Of a stretch of DNA of 64,000 bases, positions 16,303 to 26,071 are shown piece by piece (position 1 is the stretch's first letter; every line of letters begins with the position of its first letter). The stretch is from an uncultured Pseudomonadota bacterium (lineage in GTDB: Bacteria > Pseudomonadota > Gammaproteobacteria > Ga0077536). The stretch covers positions 2,134-66,133 of the forward strand of contig CAJWTO010000004.1 in NCBI GenBank assembly GCA_913047675.1, read 5' to 3'. The notes beneath the pieces were generated by a model. That model did no database searches and was not told the origin of the DNA. It worked only from the letters and a program-made list of their open reading frames with translations. A program made the position numbers and the translations under genes.

Positions 16303-19300
16303 ATGAAAAAAAGATCTTACATCTCATACGCAGAACTTCATTGTCTAACTAATTTCACTTTCAGCCATGGAGCTTCTCATCCGGAAGAGTTAGTTAAAAC
16401 TGCGGCGTCACTTGGTTATAAAGCACTTGCAATAACGGATAGGTGTAGTTTTTCTGGTTTGGTTAAAGCATATGAGTCAGGGAAAGCACACAACTTGAAA
16501 GTCATTTGCGGGACAGAGTTAGTTTGTGAGGATGGTATGAAGTTAATTCTCTTAGCCAGTAATTTACTATCTTATCAGCAGATTAGTTACTTGATTACAA
16601 AATCAAGGTTACGTAAAGGTAAGGGAGATTATCAGATCTTTAAAGAAGATCTTTTAAAATTTTCTACAGGCTTCTTAATTTGGATTCCTACTTTTAACGA
16701 TGAGGATAAGAAATATGCAGCATGGGTCAGCAGAAATTTTACTGGTCGTTCTTGGATAGGTTTAGGATTATTTTATAGTGGGAGAGACCGAGAATATTTA
16801 CAGACTGCAGTAGCCTTGTCGACCACCTTTAGTTTGCCCATAGTTGCTGTTGGTGATGTTCGTATGCATACATCATCTCGTAAACCTCTCCTTGATACTT
16901 TGACCGCGATACGGTTAAAAAAGAGAGTGATGGATACTGGGTATGAGCTTTTCTCTAATTCTGAGAGATATTTAAGACCGCTACATCGAATTGAAAATAT
17001 TTTCCCCAAGGCATTGATTGATCAGACGATAGCAATCGCAAGCCAGTGTAGTTTTTCATTGGAAGACTTGAAGTATAGCTATCCCAAAGAGTTGATTAAT
17101 TCTGGAGATAGTACTTTCACGCAATTGAAAAATCTTACAAAGCAAGGTATGAAAAGGCGCTGGCCGGAAGGTACTACACTTAATACTAAGAAAAAAATTC
17201 TTCATGAATTGTTCCTTATAAGAGAATTAAATTATGAGGGTTACTTCTTAATGGTTTGCGATGTTATTGACTTTGCCAAGTCACGTGGGATTTTATACCA
17301 AGGTAGGGGATCTGCAGCGAATTCGATTGTTTGCTATTGCCTGGGGATCACAGAAGTAAGCCCTAAACATATTGATATGTTGTTTGAGCGCTTTATTTCT
17401 AGAGAAAGAAATGAACCACCTGATATCGATATTGATTTTGAGCACGAGCGTCGGGAAGAAGTAATACAACACATTTACGAAAAATATAGTAGAAAACGGG
17501 CGGCTATAGCGGCAACCGTTGTTACCTATAAGATCCGTAGCGCTATTCGCGATGTGGGAAAAGCTCTTGGCATTAATGGATCAGAGCTTAAGCAGTTGCT
17601 GAAAGGTAAAATCCAATGGAAACGAGGACAGGTTACTATCGAAAAAGTTGAGAACACCGATTTAGATATTAGTAATGTATTATTGGGACATTTGATTAAT
17701 CTCGTCAGTCAGGTTATAGGGTTCCCTCGACATTTATCCCAACATGTTGGGGGGTTCGTGATCACTGACGGTCCTCTGTCCGATTTAGTTCCGCTTGAAA
17801 ACGCGGCAATGGCTAACCGTACCATCCTTCAGTGGGATAAGACAGATTTAGAAATTCTAGGGATTTTAAAAGTTGATTGTTTGTCATTAGGGATATTGAC
17901 TGTGATTAGTCGGAGCTTTCGTCTGATTAAGGAGCTTACAGGAGAAAACCTCAGCATATCTGATATTCCGTTCGATGACCCAAGTACTTATTCCATGATC
18001 CAGTCCGCAGATACTATTGGCGTTTTCCAAATTGAGTCGCGCGCACAAATGACGATGCTTCCGAGGCTCAGGCCTCAGAATTATTATGATCTTATCATTC
18101 AGGTTGCGATTATTCGACCCGGGCCAATCCAAGGAGAAATGGTGCATCCTTATTTACGGCGACGTAATGGTCAGGAAATTCCAGATTATCCGGATGAAAG
18201 AGTTAAAAAGGTTTTAGGGCGAACTTTGGGTGTTCCTTTATTTCAAGAACAAATCATCAGATTAGCTATGGTAGTCGGTGGCTTCTCCCCAGGGGAAGCG
18301 GATCAGTTAAGACGTGCTATGACAAATTGGGGAGAGTCTGATGATATCTCAAAATTCCAAAATAGATTGTTAGCTGGAATGAAGGATAAGGGTTATAGCG
18401 ATAGTTTCTCGCAGAGTACCTTAAATCAGATGAGGGGCTTCGGTGGTTACGGATTTCCTGAGGCACACGCAGCCAGCTTTGCCTTATTGGCTTATATATC
18501 GGCATGGTTAAAAAATCATATGCCTGAAATATATACTACAGCACTTCTAAATAGTCAGCCTATGGGGTTTTACTCTTGTTTTCAGTTGATACAGGATGCG
18601 AGGCGACATGGGGTGAAAGTATTATCTTTAGATGTTCAACAAAGTAATTGGGATTGTACTATTGAAAAATATAGAGACGGAAAATATGCGTTACGCCTGG
18701 GTCTCCGTATAGTAAAAGGACTTAGTGCGAAGGCAGGTTGTCGTATTGAAAAAAAGAGAGCTATGCAGCCTTTTAAAGATCTAAATGATCTTGTAGTTAG
18801 GGCGAAATTGAATCGAGCAGAACTCCAGTTACTTTCAAAGGCAAATGCTCTTGAAACTCTAGTTGGCAATAGGCATCAAGCTAATTGGAAAGCCTTAGGC
18901 TTCAGAGCGCCTTTACCTCTATTGCCTCCTGTTATAGAAGAAGCTGCTACTCCATTACTTCCTCGGCCTAAGGAAGGCGAAGAAGTTCTTGCTGATTTTG
19001 AAAGTATAGGTCTAACCTTGGGTAGACATCCTTTGGCTTTGCTTAGAAATCATCTAATAGGTGACAAGCTATCTTCAGATTTACTCGAGTTAGCTCAAGG
19101 CACGCGAGCAAAGTTTAGCGGGCTGGTAGTGGTACGTCAAAAGCCTAGCTCAGCTAAAGGGGTAATTTTTCTTACCTTAGAAGATGAGATGGGTCCTATC
19201 AATGTAATAATATGGCCAAGTTTGGTTAATACTTACTATAATGAAGTGATGCATTCAAAGTTGTTAAGTATTTCTGGTACGGTGCAAAGAGAAGGTGAGG

Positions 19301-19383
19301 TTGTCCATCTTATCGCGCAGGTGTTAGAAGATCGCTCAAGTTTGATTGGTCAACTGGATACGCCTTTGCGGAACTTTTGTTGA
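16303..19383 (+). CDS. dnaE2: error-prone DNA polymerase DnaE2 (ImuC)
   Basis: About 1026-1030 aa. The PHP N-terminus is YAELHCLTNFTFSHGASHPEELV. The pol III alpha core and C-terminal OB region are present, but the protein is shorter than replicative DnaE. It is LexA-box controlled. The start is ATG 16303 (MKKRSY) or ATG 16291. Confidence 0.88.
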   Translation: MKKRSYISYAELHCLTNFTFSHGASHPEELVKTAASLGYKALAITDRCSFSGLVKAYESGKAHNLKVICGTELVCEDGMKLILLASNLLSYQQISYLITKSRLRKGKGDYQIFKEDLLKFSTGFLIWIPTFNDEDKKYAAWVSRNFTGRSWIGLGLFYSGRDREYLQTAVALSTTFSLPIVAVGDVRMHTSSRKPLLDTLTAIRLKKRVMDTGYELFSNSERYLRPLHRIENIFPKALIDQTIAIASQCSFSLEDLKYSYPKELINSGDSTFTQLKNLTKQGMKRRWPEGTTLNTKKKILHELFLIRELNYEGYFLMVCDVIDFAKSRGILYQGRGSAANSIVCYCLGITEVSPKHIDMLFERFISRERNEPPDIDIDFEHERREEVIQHIYEKYSRKRAAIAATVVTYKIRSAIRDVGKALGINGSELKQLLKGKIQWKRGQVTIEKVENTDLDISNVLLGHLINLVSQVIGFPRHLSQHVGGFVITDGPLSDLVPLENAAMANRTILQWDKTDLEILGILKVDCLSLGILTVISRSFRLIKELTGENLSISDIPFDDPSTYSMIQSADTIGVFQIESRAQMTMLPRLRPQNYYDLIIQVAIIRPGPIQGEMVHPYLRRRNGQEIPDYPDERVKKVLGRTLGVPLFQEQIIRLAMVVGGFSPGEADQLRRAMTNWGESDDISKFQNRLLAGMKDKGYSDSFSQSTLNQMRGFGGYGFPEAHAASFALLAYISAWLKNHMPEIYTTALLNSQPMGFYSCFQLIQDARRHGVKVLSLDVQQSNWDCTIEKYRDGKYALRLGLRIVKGLSAKAGCRIEKKRAMQPFKDLNDLVVRAKLNRAELQLLSKANALETLVGNRHQANWKALGFRAPLPLLPPVIEEAATPLLPRPKEGEEVLADFESIGLTLGRHPLALLRNHLIGDKLSSDLLELAQGTRAKFSGLVVVRQKPSSAKGVIFLTLEDEMGPINVIIWPSLVNTYYNEVMHSKLLSISGTVQREGEVVHLIAQVLEDRSSLIGQLDTPLRNFC

Positions 19384-19527
19384 GTGAGCTTATATTTTCA
19401 GTGTCATGTAATGCTAGGATCCTCTGGTCATGTTGTAAGAATTTAATTTTAAAACGTTGCATTCGCCGAAGTTGTCCGTACAATCTCGGGTTTTATTTTG
19501 TACGGCTGTACCTTCCCGAGTTTAACA

Positions 19528-20676
19528 ATGAAAAAACCAATAATAAAACCTGCTAACCCACAGTTTTCATCAGGCCCGTGTCCCAAAAGACCTGGTTGGA
19601 CAACAGACACTCTGAAGGATGCGTTGATTGGGCGATCACATCGTTCTAAGCCTGGAAAAGCAAAGCTTAAGAGCGCGATTACAAAGACAAGAGAAATACT
19701 AGAAGTTCCTCCTAGCCACAGAATTGGCATCGTGGCTGGTTCTGATACTGGTGCTGTAGAGTTGGCATTATGGTCTCTTCTTGGAGAGCGAAATATAGAT
19801 GTTTTAGCATGGGAGAGTTTTAGTCAGGAATGGGTGACAGATGTGATTGATGTTCTTGGCCTAAAGGCAAACACATTGTTGGCACCATATGGTGAACTAC
19901 CTAATTTGGATAAGGTTGATTTTAAAAATGATGTCGTATTTGTCTGGAACGGTACGACTTCTGGAGTCCGACTGCCGGACGGAGACTGGATTTCAGATGA
20001 TAGAGAAGGATTAACGATTTGTGATGCTACTTCTGCTGCATTTGCGATGGAGCTGCCTTGGCCAAAACTTGATGTCGTTACTTTCTCATGGCAAAAAGTA
20101 CTAGGTGGTGAGGCCGCTCACGGAGTTATCATCTTGAGTGAACGGGCTGTTAAACGTTTGGAGACATTCGTTCCACCCCGGCCATTGCCCAAATTGTTTC
20201 GGCTAACTAAAAAAGGGAAAATTGACGAAAGTATTTTTGAGGGTTCGACAATTAATACTCCTTCAATGCTTTGTGTCGAAGACTATCTTGATGCCCTTAA
20301 CTGGGCCTCAAAACGAGGCGGTTTAAAAGGATTATGTGATCGTTCGGCGGCTAACCTCGATGTGCTGGAGAAATGGATATCCAAAACCCCCTGGGTGGAC
20401 TTCCTCGCCGCGGAACCAAGCCAACGGTCGAGTACATCGATATGTCTTAAAATTATAGCCCCATGGTTTAATGCTCTAGCAGCTGAAGATCAAGTTAAGA
20501 TAACCAAGAAAATGACTAGTTTGCTGGATGGGGAAGAAGTTGCCTACGACATTGATGGTTATCGTAATGCTCCTCCCGGACTCCGAGTTTGGGGCGGAGC
20601 GACAGTAGAGACAAGCGACTTAGAGGCTCTGACGCCGTGGCTTGATTGGGCGTATAATAGTGTATGTCCCGACTGA
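19528..20676 (+). CDS. serC: phosphoserine aminotransferase (short alternative SerC type)
   Basis: [18 protein letters not shown] is typical of the non-E.-coli SerC clade, and the gene lies immediately upstream of serA. ATG at 19528 (the ORF-track start at 19498 is an alternative codon). Confidence 0.85.
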   Translation: MKKPIIKPANPQFSSGPCPKRPGWTTDTLKDALIGRSHRSKPGKAKLKSAITKTREILEVPPSHRIGIVAGSDTGAVELALWSLLGERNIDVLAWESFSQEWVTDVIDVLGLKANTLLAPYGELPNLDKVDFKNDVVFVWNGTTSGVRLPDGDWISDDREGLTICDATSAAFAMELPWPKLDVVTFSWQKVLGGEAAHGVIILSERAVKRLETFVPPRPLPKLFRLTKKGKIDESIFEGSTINTPSMLCVEDYLDALNWASKRGGLKGLCDRSAANLDVLEKWISKTPWVDFLAAEPSQRSSTSICLKIIAPWFNALAAEDQVKITKKMTSLLDGEEVAYDIDGYRNAPPGLRVWGGATVETSDLEALTPWLDWAYNSVCPD

Positions 20677-20712
20677 CTCTCGGCGCGATCGAATTTGTAA
20701 GAAGGAAGTTTA

Positions 20713-22296
20713 ATGTATAAAGTTTTTGTTGCGGATAAATTGGCGCCTGAAGGTATAGCTGCTTTGGAAGAATATCCTGAGCTGCAGATAGATTTTAGTG
20801 CTGGTTTGTCGGTTGAAGAGGCTATCCCTCACGTCGAAGACGCCGACGCTATTATCGTTCGGAGTGCTACAAAACTGAGAGGTGAGCTATTGGACGCGGC
20901 AAAAAATGTCAAAGTGATAGGCCGCGCTGGGATAGGAGTCGATAATATTGATTTGGAAAAAACTACCGAAAGAGGAATTGTTGTTTTAAATACACCCGAT
21001 GCAAACGCGACTACTACTGCGGAACTCGCCATCGCACACATGTTCTCCTTAAGCCGTAGTTTACCTTCCGCTGATTTGTCTGTTCGGTCTGGCAAATGGG
21101 AAAGAAATAATTTTTTGGGTGCTGAGGTTTCAGCGAAAGTCGTTGGTGTCGTTGGATTTGGCACGATAGGCCGCTTGGTCGCCGAAAGATGCATTGGTCT
21201 TAAAATGAAGGTTATCGGATTTGACCCATTTGTTACCCAAGAAACCTTTGAAGAGTTCGGCGTTGAGAAGCGAGAAATAGACGAATTGGCTAAGGAAGCA
21301 GACTACGTGACTTTGCATTGCCCTGTCACTGATAGTACGAGAAATTTATTCAATCGTGAACGTCTTCTTGCGATGAAGCCAGGTTCACGTATCATCAATT
21401 GTGCTCGGGGCGGTTTAATTGATGAAACAGCCTTGGTTGAGGTTTTGGAGTCAGGTAATTTGGCTGGGGCAGCGCTTGATGTTTTCGAGAATGAACCGCC
21501 TACAGACTCGCCTCTCCTGACTGCGCCAAATGTTCAATTTACACCGCACCTAGGTGCCTCAACTGAGGAAGCACAAACTGCAGTAGGAGTAGAAATTGCG
21601 CACAATATAGCGGCCTTTTTGGTGAAAGGAAAGGTAATCAATTCAGTCAATGTGCCCAGTATTGAGCCCGAAAAATTAGTCCAAGTTGCGCCTTATATGG
21701 AGCTCGGAACAAAGCTGGGTAAGCTTTTGTGCAAGATGTTGGACGGTCCATTAACTGAAGTTGAGATCGGCGTTTTTGGGGAGGCTTCAAAGTTCGATTT
21801 ACATCCGGTGGCTAGTGCCGCGATGGTCGGTCTTTTATGCGACCATCATGCGGTGCCGGTTAACCAAATTAATGCTCTTCACCTGGCACAAAGACAAGGC
21901 ATCAAGGTTAAAATGGTTGGAACCCCTGATTCGACTGAATATATTTCAGTTCTTCGGATCACGGCTACGGGCCCCGATCAAACGGTTTATCTAGAAGGTA
22001 CTATTTTTGACGGTAGGCGTGCGCGACTGGTGAGAGTCAGTGATTACGACATCGAATCGCCGCTCGAAGGCCGCCTACTTATTACAAAGCATGCCGATGA
22101 GCCGGGCGTAATAGGTATGATAGGTGCCACACTGGGCGAGAAAGGCGTCAATATTTCTCGTATGCAAGTTGGAGTATCAGGGGGATCTCAGATGGCTATC
22201 GCAATTCTTGCAGTCTCGGATGAACTGGAGAAAGCCACCATGGAGGGGATTTCTCGCATTCCTGCGGTCGAAAAGGTTATGCAGATCCTTCTGTAG
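20713..22296 (+). CDS. serA: D-3-phosphoglycerate dehydrogenase, long form with C-terminal ACT domain
   Basis: 527 aa. It has the NAD-binding motif GVVGFGTIGRLVA, the 2-hydroxyacid dehydrogenase catalytic region and a C-terminal ACT-like segment (GVIGMIGATLGEKGVNISRMQVG). Confidence 0.9.
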   Translation: MYKVFVADKLAPEGIAALEEYPELQIDFSAGLSVEEAIPHVEDADAIIVRSATKLRGELLDAAKNVKVIGRAGIGVDNIDLEKTTERGIVVLNTPDANATTTAELAIAHMFSLSRSLPSADLSVRSGKWERNNFLGAEVSAKVVGVVGFGTIGRLVAERCIGLKMKVIGFDPFVTQETFEEFGVEKREIDELAKEADYVTLHCPVTDSTRNLFNRERLLAMKPGSRIINCARGGLIDETALVEVLESGNLAGAALDVFENEPPTDSPLLTAPNVQFTPHLGASTEEAQTAVGVEIAHNIAAFLVKGKVINSVNVPSIEPEKLVQVAPYMELGTKLGKLLCKMLDGPLTEVEIGVFGEASKFDLHPVASAAMVGLLCDHHAVPVNQINALHLAQRQGIKVKMVGTPDSTEYISVLRITATGPDQTVYLEGTIFDGRRARLVRVSDYDIESPLEGRLLITKHADEPGVIGMIGATLGEKGVNISRMQVGVSGGSQMAIAILAVSDELEKATMEGISRIPAVEKVMQILL

Positions 22297-22339
22297 ATTT
22301 AATTGTCCTAGTTCGAGACATTGCGCAGTCCCACCGTGA

Positions 22340-23947
22340 CTAAAACCTAAAGATCCCGTAGCCTGGCTCACCCAAAGGAGCATTTAACGAGGCGCTGATG
22401 GCAATGCCAAGCACATTTCTTGTGTCAGTCGGATCGATTATTCCATCGTCCCACAGTTCGGACGTCGCGTAATAGGCCGACATCTGATGCTGATAAGCCT
22501 CTAAGGTTTCATGGTAAACTTTATCAAGCTCCGCTTGGTCGACAGTTTCACCGCGCCTCTCTAATTGTCGCAACTTTACTTCCGCAAGTGTTTTTGCTGC
22601 TTGCTCGCCTCCCATGATACCAATTTGATGATTTGGCCAAGAAAAAATAAGTCTAGGATCGTACGCCCTGCCGCACATTCCATAGTTACCGGCTCCAAAG
22701 GAACCGTGGCACATGACAGTGAATTTTGGCACATGTGAACCAACAATCGCCTGAATTAATTTAGCACCGTCTTTACTAATACCTTTAGCTTCGTATTCGC
22801 GCCCAACCATAAAGCCCGTAATATTCTGCATGAATAGAATAGGGGTGTTGTTTTGATTGCATAGCTCAATAAAGTGAGCTCCTTTTAGCGCGCTCTCGTT
22901 AAAAAGAACACCATTATTTGCCAAAATTCCAACTTTGTACCCCCAAATATTGGCATAGCCGCATACGAGAGTAGTCCCATAGGCGGGTTGATATTCATGG
23001 AATCTACTGCCATCGACCACGCGTGCGATTACTTCTTTCATGTCGAAAGATTTTTTTATATCAGTTGGGATGATGCCGTACAGATCATCTGCACTATAGA
23101 AAGGCTCTTCAACCTCATCTTTTTGTAGGGGCCATTTTTTTGGACTCTCCCATTGTTCGACTATTTCTCTCCCTATCGCTATAGCTTCTTCTTCACTATC
23201 AGCTGGATAATCACAGGTACCGCTAACTTGTGTATGTAGATCACATCCCCCAAGTTCATCGGCAGTTACGATCTCACCTGTAGCAGCTTTGACTAGCGGA
23301 GGGCCGGCCAAAAAAACAGCGCCAGTGCCTCTCACTATTACCGAATAATCTGATAAAGCGGGCACGTACGCGCCTCCGGCAGTACAATGTCCAAACACCA
23401 GGGCTAACTGTTTAACGTTCATTTTAGACAATGTACTTTGGTTGCGGAACATGCGACCAGCCATGTATTTATCTGGAAACAATTCAGATTGTAAAGGGAG
23501 AAATCCCCCGGCACTGTCGCAGAGGTGTATAATTGGTAGTTGGTTTTCTATGGCAATATCAAGCACCCGGACAATTTTCTTTACCGTTAAGGGGTACCAC
23601 GCACCTCCCTTAACACTGCTATCATTGGCATTAATAATTACCTCTTTTCCATTTACGATACCAATACCAGTTATGCAGCTAGCGCTGGGCGAATCACCTT
23701 CATAGGCCATGTTTGCGGCGAGAGTTGAGAATTCAAGAAATGGGGTTCCAGGATCGAGTAACTTCTCGATGCGCTCCCTGGGCATCATTTTCCCATGCCC
23801 TGCGAGCCGGTCGATATCTTTTTGGGGCCTATCGTATCTCGCTTTTTTTTGCTTTAGTTTTAACTCTTCAGCTAAGCCTTTGTTATGGCGATAATTTTCC
23901 TGAAATTCTATCGAACCGGTCTGAATTAGAGATTTTATCCGAGCCAT
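22340..23947 (-). CDS. acyl-CoA carboxylase carboxyltransferase (beta) subunit, methylcrotonyl-/geranyl-CoA carboxylase family
   Basis: 535 aa with LLDPGTPFLEFSTLAA...NDSSVKGGAWYPLTVKK...GHCTAGGAYVPALSD...FLAGPPLVKAATGE, typical of MCC-beta/AtuC. Its ATG overlaps the upstream stop (TAATG). Confidence 0.88.
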   Translation of the reverse strand: MARIKSLIQTGSIEFQENYRHNKGLAEELKLKQKKARYDRPQKDIDRLAGHGKMMPRERIEKLLDPGTPFLEFSTLAANMAYEGDSPSASCITGIGIVNGKEVIINANDSSVKGGAWYPLTVKKIVRVLDIAIENQLPIIHLCDSAGGFLPLQSELFPDKYMAGRMFRNQSTLSKMNVKQLALVFGHCTAGGAYVPALSDYSVIVRGTGAVFLAGPPLVKAATGEIVTADELGGCDLHTQVSGTCDYPADSEEEAIAIGREIVEQWESPKKWPLQKDEVEEPFYSADDLYGIIPTDIKKSFDMKEVIARVVDGSRFHEYQPAYGTTLVCGYANIWGYKVGILANNGVLFNESALKGAHFIELCNQNNTPILFMQNITGFMVGREYEAKGISKDGAKLIQAIVGSHVPKFTVMCHGSFGAGNYGMCGRAYDPRLIFSWPNHQIGIMGGEQAAKTLAEVKLRQLERRGETVDQAELDKVYHETLEAYQHQMSAYYATSELWDDGIIDPTDTRNVLGIAISASLNAPLGEPGYGIFRF

Positions 23948-24447
23948 TATTCTTCTTCCTCAAGAGAAATCAGTTCTGCATTCTTTTCAAAAGACGTGTT
24001 GGCAGTAATGTTAACTTCCTTAATTACACCATCTCGGGGTGCAACGATGCTAATTTGCATTTTCATCGATTCAATAACAATTAAAACATCACCTAGCTTG
24101 ACGCTATCTCCTGCATTACAGTTTGTCTTAACCACAATTCCCGGCATATCAGCTTTAATTACGTTATCGCTAACTCCTGCTTGCTGTGAAACGCTTATAG
24201 CGTCCTGATACGACAATGTGTGAGTTCGACCATCGAATCGGATATATATCGCGTCATCATCTCGCGCCCACCAGACGGTTTTCTTTTTACCGTCAACAAT
24301 TAGTGTGAAGCAATGACTACTCACTTGAGCTACTGACGACACCTTGAAAGTAAATCCATTAGAGAGTATTTCTAATACAGGGCTGCACTTGATAAGCGAT
24401 ACCTCGATAGACTTTTCATCGAGTGAAAAATTAAACGGCTGCGCCAT
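23947..24447 (-). CDS. biotin carboxyl carrier (BT + biotinyl domain) protein, free-standing C-terminal part of an MCC-type alpha subunit
   Basis: Biotinylation motif IESMKMQ inside MPGIVVKTNCNAGDSVKLGDVLIVIESMKMQISIVAPRDGVI. The proposed ATG at 24447 overlaps the BC stop (TAATG) and lies 7 nt downstream of GGAGGA. The ORF-track start at 24462 lacks an SD. Confidence 0.8.
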   Translation of the reverse strand: MAQPFNFSLDEKSIEVSLIKCSPVLEILSNGFTFKVSSVAQVSSHCFTLIVDGKKKTVWWARDDDAIYIRFDGRTHTLSYQDAISVSQQAGVSDNVIKADMPGIVVKTNCNAGDSVKLGDVLIVIESMKMQISIVAPRDGVIKEVNITANTSFEKNAELISLEEEE

Positions 24448-25922
24448 TACAAATTCCTCCATGTACCAATGGACGCGTAAGGTTCGGGGGTTTCTAACGC
24501 GAGTGCCCTAAAATCTTTCAGACTCATTGCGGCAATAGTTGCGACGGTGCTAATGTCTTTTTCAGAGAGAGGTTTAAATAAGAGGTTCGCCTTGTTTTTT
24601 TCCAGAAAGCCCGTATCAATAATCATTTCTTTAAAGTCGGTCGCTTCTAATATTTGACCTAAATAATCAATATTGCTACTTACCCCCAGTATTACTAGAT
24701 CATTAAGAGCAGCAATCGCGTTCGAAATCGCGGCTTCTCGATCTTCCCCGAAACAGATTAGCTTACCTATCATAGAATCAAAGGCAGCAGATATAGTTTG
24801 CCCTTGCGAAATCCCGGAATCAAAGCGAATGTCACTAGCTTCAGGGACGGAAAGGATTTTGACATCTCCGGTAGCAGGTCTAAAGTCGTTATGAGGCTCC
24901 TCGCAACAAATACGGCACTCAATAGCGTGCCCAGATTGCTTGATTTCACTCTGTCTGTAGGGGAGAGTCTTACTGTCCGCTATGTGAAGCTGCGCCTCCA
25001 CCAGGTCTAGGGAGCAAACCATCTCAGTCACAGGGTGCTCTACCTGCAGACGCGTATTCATTTCTAAAAAGTAAAAGGATCCATCCGGACTTAGGATAAA
25101 CTCAACAGTACCTGCGTTTAGATATTTCGCTTTGGAGGCGAGATCGACCGCCGCAGTACAGATTTGGTCACGCAGTTCAACTGACAATGCCGGGGCGGGG
25201 GACTCTTCAATTACTTTCTGAAACCTCCGTTGTATCGAGCATTCTCGTTCATAGGCGTGGACAATATTGCCCTTACCATCTCCTAGTATCTGAACCTCAA
25301 TGTGTCGAGGACTCTCAACGTAAAGTTCTGCATAAATACGGCTATCAGCGAAATATCTTTCGGCCTCGCTCATAGCTATCTTCGCTTGCTTTTCTAATGA
25401 GCCAGCTTCACGGACAATACTCATTCCCTTACCACCGCCCCCAGCGGACGCTTTTATCAATAATGGGAACCCAATTTTTTCTGCTTCTTTTAAAAATTTA
25501 GATAAGTCGTCAGTTTGAGTCACACTAGGTGCGATCGGGATTCCAGCTTTTCTCGCAAACTCACGAGAAATGATTTTATCTCCCATCAGTTTGATTACTT
25601 CAGGCTGTGGCCCTATGAATACAACATTATTTTTCTCTACTGCCTCGGCAAAGGCAGCATTTTCTGAGAGGAAGCCGTAGCCTGGGTGCAGGCATTGCGC
25701 CTCTGTTTCATTGGCGGCCTTAATGATCTGCTCGATATCCAAATATGCGGCGGTGGGAGTATCGCCTAGCAACTCGACTGACTTATCGGCGGCTTTCACG
25801 TGGGGTGCCATACGATCGACATGATGATATACGGCTATAGTCTCAATGCCTAACTCTTTTGCAGTGCGTATTACTCTACAGGCGATTTCTCCGCGGTTAG
25901 CAATTAAAATACTTTTGAACAT
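24447..25922 (-). CDS. biotin carboxylase subunit (ATP-grasp) of an acyl-CoA carboxylase
   Basis: 491 aa with ILIANRGEIACRVIRT, GGGGKGM and EMNTRLQVEHPVTE. It ends at ...GTWRNL, the usual BC/BT domain boundary of fused MCC alpha subunits. Confidence 0.9.
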   Translation of the reverse strand: MFKSILIANRGEIACRVIRTAKELGIETIAVYHHVDRMAPHVKAADKSVELLGDTPTAAYLDIEQIIKAANETEAQCLHPGYGFLSENAAFAEAVEKNNVVFIGPQPEVIKLMGDKIISREFARKAGIPIAPSVTQTDDLSKFLKEAEKIGFPLLIKASAGGGGKGMSIVREAGSLEKQAKIAMSEAERYFADSRIYAELYVESPRHIEVQILGDGKGNIVHAYERECSIQRRFQKVIEESPAPALSVELRDQICTAAVDLASKAKYLNAGTVEFILSPDGSFYFLEMNTRLQVEHPVTEMVCSLDLVEAQLHIADSKTLPYRQSEIKQSGHAIECRICCEEPHNDFRPATGDVKILSVPEASDIRFDSGISQGQTISAAFDSMIGKLICFGEDREAAISNAIAALNDLVILGVSSNIDYLGQILEATDFKEMIIDTGFLEKNKANLLFKPLSEKDISTVATIAAMSLKDFRALALETPEPYASIGTWRNL

Positions 25923-25946
25923 GATGCGGACCGTACCCCTTACTAA

Positions 25947-25958
25947 TAAGGATCCTTA
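25947..25958. promoter_or_regulatory. 12-bp perfect palindrome TAAGGATCCTTA upstream of the carboxylase operon
   Basis: It lies 25-36 nt upstream of the BC start codon (25922) in the 149-bp divergent region. A possible operator, but it could be chance. Confidence 0.2.
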
Positions 25959-26071
25959 GTTGTTGCGTATATGGTCATTATACTGAAAAATTTGGTAACC
26001 GCGCATAAAATTGTGAATATGGTTCGGTGATTTTTACTGCGGTCTAATCGCAATATATTTGGAAATAGGCA

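Noticed and set aside
24445-24462. The BC/BCCP split read as a frameshifted pseudogene of a fused MCC alpha subunit.
   Set aside because: The junction has a canonical GGAGGA Shine-Dalgarno 7 nt before an ATG that overlaps the stop (TAATG). The same device is used at three other intact operon junctions in the window. An assembly indel cannot be excluded without reads, so the question is kept as a finding rather than a pseudogene call.
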